Part shown: one piece after another, positions 1 through 11,353 of the stretch
Numbering within the stretch: the first letter of the stretch is position 1
Layout of the letters: each line of letters begins with the position of its first letter
From: an uncultured Chromatiales bacterium
Lineage (GTDB): Bacteria; Pseudomonadota; Gammaproteobacteria; SZUA-140
Length of the DNA: 64,000 nt
Assembly: GCA_964581365.1 (NCBI GenBank)
Contig: CAZOOF010000001.1
Span: 119,962 to 183,961, forward strand
Direction of reading: 5' to 3'
Notes under the pieces: generated by a model
Told to the model about the DNA's origin: nothing
What the model saw: the letters and a program-made list of their open reading frames with translations, nothing else
Databases searched by the model: none
Position numbers and translations under genes: made by a program

Positions 1-540
1 CATGGGCGTGAAGGTATGTGCCGGACCGCTCACATCGCCGTACTTGCCAGCGATCACCCGCACCGTGACCTCCCCGGATTCGACCCGGGGGATCTCAGCA
101 TCGAGAATGGGCTGGTATGCCGGGTCGGCCATCTTGTGGCGCGCCGGCAGATTCACCCACAGCTGGACGACCTCGAACAGTCCGCCGCTGCGGGAAAATA
201 TCGGTCCGTGAAACTCTTCGTGCACGATGCCGCCGCCGGCCGTCATCCACTGCACATCTCCCGGACCGATGATGCCACCGGCTCCGGTAGAGTCGCGATG
301 CTCCACCTCGCCCGAGTAAACGATGGTGACTGTCTCGAATCCGCGGTGCGGATGTTCGCCCACGCCGCGCCGCGCTGAGCCCGAAACCGGCTCAAAGTGC
401 ATCGGACCGGCGTAATCGAGCAGCAGGAACGGCGAAAACGCGGCAGCCTGCTCGTGATAGGAAAAGACGCTGCGGACCGGAAATCCATCGCCGACCCAGT
501 GTCCGCGCTCCTGTGTCTGCACGAATTCCACCTTCTTCAT
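1..540 (-). CDS. Pirin family protein (3' end runs off the window)
   Basis: Not in the ORF track. Manual translation from ATG 540: MKKVEFVQTQERGHWVGDGFPVRSVF...SPFLLLDY...HPHRGFETVT...HRDSTG, the pirin cupin motifs. Confidence 0.9.
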   Translation of the reverse strand, partial: MKKVEFVQTQERGHWVGDGFPVRSVFSYHEQAAAFSPFLLLDYAGPMHFEPVSGSARRGVGEHPHRGFETVTIVYSGEVEHRDSTGAGGIIGPGDVQWMTAGGGIVHEEFHGPIFSRSGGLFEVVQLWVNLPARHKMADPAYQPILDAEIPRVESGEVTVRVIAGKYGDVSGPAHTFTPM

Positions 541-587
541 CCCAATCCTCCTTCCGGACGTTCCGGCGCTGGATGCCAGGGCTGATG

Positions 588-1208
588 TCAGGCTGCGTCC
601 CGCGCCAGCGCACGCAGCTCCTGCCGCGCCGAAGCCACTGCCTGCATACGCGCCTCGGGCCCCATATTCACACCTTCCGCCCGGATGATGGTGACATCGG
701 TGATGCCGACGAAACCGAAAGCCGCCCGCAGGTACGCTTCCTGGTGGTCCAGAGCCGAGGCCGGCGCTGAAGAGTAGATACCGCCACGAGTCGATACCAC
801 GATCACCCGCTTGTCCGGACCCGCCAGCCCCTCGGGTCCATTGGGGCCATAGCGGAAAGTGCGACCAGCGATGAGAATACGGTCGATCCATGCCTTCAGC
901 TGGGAAGGAACGGAGAAGTTGTACATGGGCGCTCCGATGACGATGACATCGGCGGCCAGAAATTCACTCACCAGTTCTTCATCGAGCGCGCGCTCCTTGC
1001 GTTGCTCCGCATCGAGCTCCTGGACCGGCAGCTGCCGGGCCATGACAGTAGCGCCGGAAAGATGCGACGGCGGTCGCGCGGCCAGATCGCGGTAAGTCAG
1101 TTCTATCTCAGGCTCCCGTTTCTCCCACTCAGCTACCACGTCGCGAGTAAGCAGGCGGGAAACGGAATTTTCACCCGTTACACTGGAATCGATGTGCAAA
1201 AGTCTCAT
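588..1208 (-). CDS. azoR: FMN-dependent NADH-azoreductase
   Basis: MRLLHIDSS, GAPMYNFSVPSQLKAWID, TRGG motifs; start moved to ATG 1208. Confidence 0.92.
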   Translation of the reverse strand: MRLLHIDSSVTGENSVSRLLTRDVVAEWEKREPEIELTYRDLAARPPSHLSGATVMARQLPVQELDAEQRKERALDEELVSEFLAADVIVIGAPMYNFSVPSQLKAWIDRILIAGRTFRYGPNGPEGLAGPDKRVIVVSTRGGIYSSAPASALDHQEAYLRAAFGFVGITDVTIIRAEGVNMGPEARMQAVASARQELRALARDAA

Positions 1209-1322
1209 GATGTTCTCCGGTATCTGGTCGAAAGATTTTTGGCCTGGCAATTGCTAATGATTGATGTTATTTTTTCGACCAGTACCTGAATAGACCACAA
1301 AAACAAAAAACACTGTTTTGTA

Positions 1323-4837
<3,515 letters not shown>

Positions 4838-4953
4838 TGGCGCCGCTCCGTGCTAGTATCGATGCCCGTGATCACGGCCGCGGCGATTCCGGCGGCCCGG
4901 CCCCGTCGCTGAGCGGTGCCCTGTCCCGGCACATGAGGAAAGAGGAACACACT

Positions 4954-5709
4954 ATGCCCGGCCCACAGCAGGAGACAGTCGGCAAGGTGGCACTGGTCAC
5001 CGGCGCCGCCCGCCGCATCGGCGCCGCCATCGCGCGCTCGCTGCACGAACATGGCTGGAATATCGTTCTGCATTACCGCGCCTCGGCCACCGAGGCCCAG
5101 GATCTTTGCGAGCAGCTCAACCGCACCCGGCCCGACTCGGCGCGAGCGGCAGCTGCCGATCTGCGCGATGTCGCTCAGCTCCACGCACTGGCGCAACAGG
5201 CGTCCTCGGCCTGGGGGCGGCTCGATGCGCTGATCAACAACGCCTCGGCGTTCTATCCGACCCCGATCCCATCGGCCACCCCGGAGCAATGGGATGAGCT
5301 GCTCGAAAGCAATCTCAAGGGACCCTTCTTTCTGTCTCAGGCGACCCTGCCGGCACTGGAGCAGACCAGTGGCAGCATCGTGAATATCGTCGACGTGCAT
5401 GCGGAGCGTCCGCTGCGCGATCACAGCATCTACAGCATCTCGAAAGCGGGACTGGCGATGATGACGCGGGCGCTTGCCCGCGAGCTTGGGCCGCGCATCC
5501 GGGTCAATGGCGTTTCCCCGGGCGCGATACTGTGGCCGGAACGGGGCCTGGACGACGACATGCGAGCAAGCATCCTCGCCCGCACGGCCCTGAAGCGGCC
5601 CGGAGAACCGGCCGACATTGCCCGCGCGGTTCTGTTCCTGCTCTGTGACGCACCATACGTCACAGGCCAGATAATAGCTGTCGACGGCGGCCGCTCCCTG
5701 CACAGCTGA
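4954..5709 (+). CDS. Pteridine reductase (FolM/PTR1-type SDR)
   Basis: TGAARRIG, NNASAF, YSISK catalytic YxxxK; next to folK/folB. Confidence 0.88.
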   Translation: MPGPQQETVGKVALVTGAARRIGAAIARSLHEHGWNIVLHYRASATEAQDLCEQLNRTRPDSARAAAADLRDVAQLHALAQQASSAWGRLDALINNASAFYPTPIPSATPEQWDELLESNLKGPFFLSQATLPALEQTSGSIVNIVDVHAERPLRDHSIYSISKAGLAMMTRALARELGPRIRVNGVSPGAILWPERGLDDDMRASILARTALKRPGEPADIARAVLFLLCDAPYVTGQIIAVDGGRSLHS

Positions 5710-5728
5710 GCGCCGCCCGACACCGGGG

Positions 5729-6235
5729 TCAGGCGGCATCCCAGTCGAAATCCACGCGCCTGAGGCCGGCCCGATCGCCACGGAATCCGGCCCACAGATC
5801 GGCGTAGCTGCGGCCAATCAAGGGGTGCAGCCGCTCCGGCGCAATTTCAGCCAGCGGCGCGAGCACGAACGCATGCTCCAGGATTTCACCCCGGGGCAAA
5901 TGGAGAGTGCTTTCGTCCATCACGAGATCGTCATAGAGCAGCAGATCCACATCGAGCGTACGCGAGACGTATCCCTTTACCTCAGGTTGCCGCACGCGCC
6001 CGCACTCCGATTCGGTGACGCGCAGCGCGGCGGCCACTTCGTGCACGCCTGCGTCGGTGTCGAAAACGGCAGCGAGATTGTAGAAATCATCACCCGAGAA
6101 GCCTACCGCCCGGGATTCATAGACCGAGGAAAGCTGCAGATTCGGGAAACGCGAACGCAACGAGCGCACCCCTGCCCGGATGCTGGCGCAGCGATCGATA
6201 TTGCTGCCGATACTCACATACACGCGTGCCATCAC
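5729..6235 (-). CDS. folK: 2-amino-4-hydroxy-6-hydroxymethyldihydropteridine diphosphokinase
   Basis: YVSIGSN, SRTLDVDLLLY, FVLAPLAEIAP. Confidence 0.92.
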   Translation of the reverse strand: MMARVYVSIGSNIDRCASIRAGVRSLRSRFPNLQLSSVYESRAVGFSGDDFYNLAAVFDTDAGVHEVAAALRVTESECGRVRQPEVKGYVSRTLDVDLLLYDDLVMDESTLHLPRGEILEHAFVLAPLAEIAPERLHPLIGRSYADLWAGFRGDRAGLRRVDFDWDAA

Positions 6236-6594
6236 GGCGCGCGACTGCGTTCGATGACCACGCCCACATCGCGCGCGCCGCGGATCGCGCCGCGCTTGTT
6301 GACCCGCAGACGCACCGACTCTATGCCGAAACGCGACAGCACCAGTTCGGCGACCTTTTCGGCCAGGGTCTCCACCAACTGGAACTCACTTTCACGGACG
6401 AATTCGATTACCGCCTTGGCAACCGCCTTGTAGTCGAGCGCATCCTCGATCGAGTCGGTGGCGGCGGCGCGCGCCACGTCGGTCGTCATCTCCAGATCTA
6501 GGCTGACCGTCTGGCGGATACGCCGCTCCCAATCGAAAATGCCGATGATGGTGTCGATCCTGAGATCGGTGAGATAAACGATATCCCGGCTCAT
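6232..6594 (-). CDS. folB: Dihydroneopterin aldolase
   Basis: IGIFDWER, LDY, LVETLAE, VGVVIER. Confidence 0.94.
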   Translation of the reverse strand: MSRDIVYLTDLRIDTIIGIFDWERRIRQTVSLDLEMTTDVARAAATDSIEDALDYKAVAKAVIEFVRESEFQLVETLAEKVAELVLSRFGIESVRLRVNKRGAIRGARDVGVVIERSRAP

Positions 6595-6781
6595 GATTCA
6601 ATCCGCGAACCGGTGCATGACCGGTCGTTTTCCTCTATATTGTCGCCAGTACCAACAGGAAGGCAAACGACCGGGAACTCCGCCCGGATGATACCGAACG
6701 ACCGGCACCAAGCGCACAGGCCCAGACGCACATGTGCAGGAATGTCCCCGCTTCCCCGTTCGCATCCTAGCACAGTAAGAA

Positions 6782-7375
6782 ATGCTCCTCGACATCAGCT
6801 TCGCCATCGCTGCCTACCTGCTGGGCTCCATTTCCTCCGCAATCGTGATCTGCCGATTGTTGGGCCTGCCCGATCCGCGCGAGCAGGGATCCGGCAATCC
6901 TGGCGCCACCAACGTCCTGCGCTACGGTGGCAAGAAAGCGGCAGCCGCGGTTTTCCTCGGGGATATGCTCAAGGGGCTTTTGCCCGTTCTGGGCGCGCGC
7001 TGGCTGGAACTGCCGGCGGCCACCATTGCCGCCGTCGGGCTGCTCGCTTTCGCCGGACATATCTGGCCCGTTTTCTTCCGCTTTCGCGGCGGCAAGGGCG
7101 TCGCCACGGCTTTCGGCGTTCTGTCGGGCTGGGCATGGCTGCCAGCGGCTGTACTCGCTGCGATCTGGATCGGCGTCGCAGCAGCATCCCGGATCTCATC
7201 GCTGGGCGCCATCAGCGCCGCGCTGTGCGCTCCCCTGGTGATCTGGGCAATGCAGGATCAGCCCGTCTACGCGTACGCAACGGTGCTGATGAGCGTCGTC
7301 CTCCTCTGGCGCCACCGCAGCAACCTGCGCAATCTGCTGCGCGGTGCCGAGCCACGGATCGGACAGAAGAAGTGA
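6782..7375 (+). CDS. plsY: Glycerol-3-phosphate acyltransferase PlsY
   Basis: YLLGSI, GSGNPGATNVLR, FRGGKGVATAFG, RHRSNL. Confidence 0.95.
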   Translation: MLLDISFAIAAYLLGSISSAIVICRLLGLPDPREQGSGNPGATNVLRYGGKKAAAAVFLGDMLKGLLPVLGARWLELPAATIAAVGLLAFAGHIWPVFFRFRGGKGVATAFGVLSGWAWLPAAVLAAIWIGVAAASRISSLGAISAALCAPLVIWAMQDQPVYAYATVLMSVVLLWRHRSNLRNLLRGAEPRIGQKK

Positions 7376-7390
7376 ACACGGCCGCCGCGC

Positions 7391-8464
7391 TCAGGCCGGC
7401 AGCAGACCGCCAATATCGAAAGTGATGGGTTCCAGCTCCGCCAACGGCCAGCGGGCCCGCACATCGAACCCTGGACCTGCACGCGAACCGGCGGCAAAAC
7501 GCAGACACCCGGTCAGCGCTATCATCGCCCCGTTATCCGTGCAGTACTCCAGGCGCGGATAGTAGAGTTCTGCCCTTTCCCCATCGGCCATCGCCTGCAG
7601 GCGCTCACGCAAAGCGCGGTTCGCGCCCACACCGCCTGCGATCACCAACCGCGTCAGGCCAGTCTGCCGCAAGGCCCGGCGGCATTTGATGGCCAGGGTA
7701 TCAGTCACTGCATCCTGGAAAGCGAGTGCCACGTCCGCCCGATCCGTCATGGAGTCATTGGCCACATGTGCCCGGATGCAGGTGGCTGCGTGTGTCTTCA
7801 GGCCACTGAAACTGAACTCCAGCCCTGGGCGGTCCACCATCGGCCGCGGAAACTCGAACCGCCCGCTGCGGCCCTGGGCGGCGAGCCTCTCCAGCGCCGG
7901 CCCGCCGGGATAGGGCAGACCCAGCAGGCTGGCCGTCTTGTCGAAGGCCTCACCGACCGCATCATCGAGAGTCTCACCGAGCACCCGATAATCCCCCGGG
8001 CGCTCCACGGCGACCAGCATGGTATGCCCCCCCGAGACCAGCAGAGCCAGAAACGGAAACGAGGGGCGTCGCGCTTCCAGCAAAGGGGCCATCAGGTGCG
8101 CTTCCATGTGATGAACTGGAACCGCCGGCAGACCCCATGCCCAGGCCAGCGAGCGCCCCAGAGCGGCCCCCACCAGCAGCGCGCCCGCCAGGCCCGGACC
8201 CGCGGTATAAGCCACACCGTCGAGTCCACGGCCCACCGCGCACCCGCCGTCGCCGCACTCCAGCCCAGCCTCCCTCACGACTCCAGCCAGCAACGGCAGC
8301 AGCTTGCGCACATGGTCACGGGAGGCGAGTTCGGGCACCACGCCTCCATACTCGGCATGCAGCTCGATCTGGCTGTAAATGCGATGGGCGACTACGCCCC
8401 GGCCGGCTTCATAGACAGCCACGGACGTTTCATCGCAGGAGGTTTCGATGCCGAGGATTTTCAT
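7391..8464 (-). CDS. tsaD: tRNA N6-adenosine threonylcarbamoyltransferase TsaD
   Basis: [42 protein letters not shown]. Confidence 0.97.
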   Translation of the reverse strand: MKILGIETSCDETSVAVYEAGRGVVAHRIYSQIELHAEYGGVVPELASRDHVRKLLPLLAGVVREAGLECGDGGCAVGRGLDGVAYTAGPGLAGALLVGAALGRSLAWAWGLPAVPVHHMEAHLMAPLLEARRPSFPFLALLVSGGHTMLVAVERPGDYRVLGETLDDAVGEAFDKTASLLGLPYPGGPALERLAAQGRSGRFEFPRPMVDRPGLEFSFSGLKTHAATCIRAHVANDSMTDRADVALAFQDAVTDTLAIKCRRALRQTGLTRLVIAGGVGANRALRERLQAMADGERAELYYPRLEYCTDNGAMIALTGCLRFAAGSRAGPGFDVRARWPLAELEPITFDIGGLLPA

Positions 8465-8717
8465 CGGAAAGCGGCCATCCGGCCGATCAGCAGCAATGAC
8501 GGGATTTCATAAAGTTACTGCCGGAGAAAACGATATTAAGTTACAATCAGGCATCCCGGCCGGACTTGCCCGCAAGGCTGCGGGACCCACGGACGATTGT
8601 ACCCCCGGCCAAGGCGGCAACGAAAGCAAATACGAACGTTGCCCGGGGTTCGACACGATGCCTGAATCCTTCCACCGGCTGCAAAAGGGCCCATCTCCAC
8701 GGGGGGCGAGATCGCCA

Positions 8718-10451
8718 ATGCCTGAAAAGTTCGCTATTCAAGTCAACGGCCTGACCAAAATCTATCCGCCGGATCTGCGCGCGGTGGATGGTCTGGACCT
8801 GGAAGTCAAAAACGGCGAGATCATGGCGCTGCTGGGACCCAACGGGGCCGGCAAGTCGACCACGATCCGCGTCCTGTCCACCCTCAGCGGCTTTGATTCC
8901 GGACGCGCCCTCGTCGGCGGGATCGACGTCGACACCGATCCCGAGGGGGTCCGGCGCACCATCGGCGTAGTGGCGCAGAAAACCGGTGTGGACTATTTCC
9001 TCACCGGGCGCGAGAACATGACCCTGCAGGGCCAGATGTATCGGATGAAGAAGGCCGACATCCGCGCCCGCATCGAGGAACTCGCCAAGTATTTCGAACT
9101 CGAGCAGAGCCTCGACAAGACCGTGGCCTCCTACTCGGGAGGCATGGCGCGCAAGCTCGACATCGCCAGCGCGCTGATTCATCGCCCCCGCATCCTGTAT
9201 CTGGATGAGCCAACGCTCGGGCTGGACATCCGCAGCCGCAAGATCCTGTGGCGCCACATCGAGGAACTCAACCGCAATTTCGGCCTCACCATTCTGCTGA
9301 CCACGCATTACCTGGAAGAAGCCGACAAGCTCGCTCATCGCGTAGCCATCATCAATGCCGGCAAGATCCGCATCATCGGCACGCCGGACGAGCTGAAGAA
9401 CGGCATCCACGGTGATTCGGTCGTGCTCACCTTCGAGACGGCAGGCACCGCCGAGCGCGCCTACGCCGAGCGACTGCAGCAGACGGGTCTGTCGCGTGAC
9501 GCGGTATGGGAAGGAAACAACCTCCATCTGTACGTGGACAACGGCGCTGCCAGCATCCCGCAGATCATTGAACTCGCCGGCCCGGCCAATGTTCACGTCA
9601 AGAGCCTGTCCTACGCCCGCCCCACGCTTGATGACGTCTTCCTCAAGTACACCGGTGCCAGCATGCAGGAAACCAAGGAAGAAGAAGGCGAGCAATGGTG
9701 GACGCAGTGGGCAGGCAAGGGCGGCGGCCGCGGCGACTGGAAGAAGATGGCCGCGAAATGGGGCTATGTGGAGTCCGAGGACGGCGAAGGCGAATGGCAG
9801 GGCAATGAGTGGGTGGATAAAGACGGCAACCCTCGCGCACCAGCCGGCACCCCGGGCGATTCGGCGCAATCATCTGCCAGCGCACCCGCATCATCGCCAG
9901 AGATGAACGAGGACGCCGGGACTGCCTGGCAGGGCAACGAATGGGTCGACGCCGAAGGCCGGCCGCGCGATGCACAGGCCGCTGGCGCATGGAAGGGCAA
10001 TCAGTGGGTCGACGAACACGGTAAACCGCGCAAGCCGGACGAACCGTCCGCATCCGTAGCAGCGAGCGGCGGAGCTAGCGCCTCCGGCGATCAGCAGCCG
10101 GAATGGCAGGGTAATCGCTGGGTAGACAAACAAGGTCACCAGATCGGCGACTGGGGCAACGCGCCCGACTGGAAGGGCAATGATTGGGTGGACGAAGACG
10201 GCAAGCCGCGCAGCGACTGGAACACATCTGCCGATTCCGCCCCTGCGGCCCCTTCCCCGGCCGATTCTTCGGACTCTGCCAGCGCGCAAAGCGGTGAAGG
10301 CCGCAGCGAATGGCAAGGCAATCGCTGGGTAGACGCCGAAGGTCACCAGGTCGGCGACTGGGGGAATGCGCCCGACTGGAAAGGCAACGAGTGGGTGGAC
10401 GAAGAAGGCAAGCCGCGCGGCGACTGGAGCCGCAAGAACGAGCGATCCTGA
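8718..10451 (+). CDS. ABC exporter ATP-binding subunit (DrrA-like) with a long Trp-repeat C-terminal tail
   Basis: Walker A GPNGAGKST, signature YSGGM, Walker B LYLDEPT, H-loop TTHY, PTLDDVFL end of the DrrA fold, then ~260 extra residues. ATG 8718 preferred over 8448. Confidence 0.9.
   Translation: MPEKFAIQVNGLTKIYPPDLRAVDGLDLEVKNGEIMALLGPNGAGKSTTIRVLSTLSGFDSGRALVGGIDVDTDPEGVRRTIGVVAQKTGVDYFLTGRENMTLQGQMYRMKKADIRARIEELAKYFELEQSLDKTVASYSGGMARKLDIASALIHRPRILYLDEPTLGLDIRSRKILWRHIEELNRNFGLTILLTTHYLEEADKLAHRVAIINAGKIRIIGTPDELKNGIHGDSVVLTFETAGTAERAYAERLQQTGLSRDAVWEGNNLHLYVDNGAASIPQIIELAGPANVHVKSLSYARPTLDDVFLKYTGASMQETKEEEGEQWWTQWAGKGGGRGDWKKMAAKWGYVESEDGEGEWQGNEWVDKDGNPRAPAGTPGDSAQSSASAPASSPEMNEDAGTAWQGNEWVDAEGRPRDAQAAGAWKGNQWVDEHGKPRKPDEPSASVAASGGASASGDQQPEWQGNRWVDKQGHQIGDWGNAPDWKGNDWVDEDGKPRSDWNTSADSAPAAPSPADSSDSASAQSGEGRSEWQGNRWVDAEGHQVGDWGNAPDWKGNEWVDEEGKPRGDWSRKNERS
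9795..10428 (+). repeat. Seven in-frame W[QK]GNxWVDxxG peptide repeats with a higher-order duplication (~10101-10220 vs ~10308-10428)
   Basis: WQGNEWVDKDG, WQGNEWVDAEG, WKGNQWVDEHG, WQGNRWVDKQG, WKGNDWVDEDG, WQGNRWVDAEG, WKGNEWVDEEG, separated by S/A/P-rich linkers. Confidence 0.95.
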
Positions 10452-10493
10452 CCACCGCCTGCGCCACACGATCGAACGGGAAACAGAATAATC

Positions 10494-11243
10494 ATGATTG
10501 CGGATACCCTGCATCTGTTCAATAAGTACATGATCATCACGCTGCGGATGCCGCTGTGGAGTCTCTTCACGCTCATCCAGCCGCTGATCTGGCTGCTGAT
10601 ATTCGGGCAACTCTTCGGTCGCTTCGTGCAGGCCGAGAACTACATGGACTTCATGGTGCCCGGCATTCTCATCATGACGGTGCTGTTCGGCTCCTCGTGG
10701 TCTGGCGTGAGTCTGCTGCGGGAAATTTCCGCAGGCACGGTTGACCGGATGCTGGTATCGCCGGTATCGCGCGTGGCGATCGTCCTCAGCCGCGTACTCC
10801 ACTCCGCGGTACAGGTGCTCGCCCAGGCGCTGGTCATCCTGGTGGTCGCCTGGCTGATCATGGATTCCAGCATTACCAAGAACATCGCCTACCTCGCCCT
10901 CGGCATGCTGGTCGTATTCCTGCTTGGTGTCGGGTTCGCCGCTATTTCCAACGGCTTCGCCATCACGCTGCAGCGCGAGGAACCGCTGGTGATGATCGGC
11001 AATCTCATGACCCTGCCGCTGATGTTCTTCTCTTCGGCGCTGGTGCCAAAGCAGTTCATGCCGACCTGGATCGAGTACGTATCCCTGATCAACCCCATCA
11101 CTTACGCGGTGGAATCGGTCCGCGCGGTGCTGGTGGGTCCTCCCGACTTCGGACTCTATTTCAAGGGACTGGCGGTGATGCTGGTGTTCGCGGGCGTCAC
11201 GCTCGCCTGGGCCGTAACGGCATTCAACGCTCTGAGAGACTGA
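10494..11243 (+). CDS. ABC-2 type exporter permease (DrrB-like)
   Basis: About 6 TM segments; QPLIWLLIFG, FMVPG, FFSSALVP, NPITYAVE. Confidence 0.9.
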   Translation: MIADTLHLFNKYMIITLRMPLWSLFTLIQPLIWLLIFGQLFGRFVQAENYMDFMVPGILIMTVLFGSSWSGVSLLREISAGTVDRMLVSPVSRVAIVLSRVLHSAVQVLAQALVILVVAWLIMDSSITKNIAYLALGMLVVFLLGVGFAAISNGFAITLQREEPLVMIGNLMTLPLMFFSSALVPKQFMPTWIEYVSLINPITYAVESVRAVLVGPPDFGLYFKGLAVMLVFAGVTLAWAVTAFNALRD

Positions 11244-11353
11244 AGCACCGCAATATCTGCGCGCGCCAGCTCGAAGCATGAGCCGGCGCATGCACGCATG
11301 CCCTGCCGGCCTTAGTGCGCTCCCGCCCGCATGGGAATCCGGGGAGGAGACCG

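Noticed and set aside
4954-6594. Pterin genes (pteridine reductase, folK, folB) as part of the moa/nik block
   Set aside because: folB/folK beside plsY-tsaD is ordinary gammaproteobacterial gene order.
8510-8545. AAGTTAC direct repeat upstream of the ABC gene, and AAATCC(A)ATAC repeat near 31195-31220
   Set aside because: Short, imperfect repeats in AT-rich promoter DNA; could be chance.
8448-8717. N-terminal extensions in the ORF track (also gdhA 3894, nikL-like 26385, moaA 28989, pdxA 37100, trmL 51394)
   Set aside because: Extensions overlap neighbouring genes, terminators or promoters; downstream starts fit family N-termini better.
9795-10428. Spaced DNA repeats as a possible CRISPR array
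   Set aside because: Repeats are in-frame, vary at synonymous positions, have irregular spacing, and no cas genes are present.
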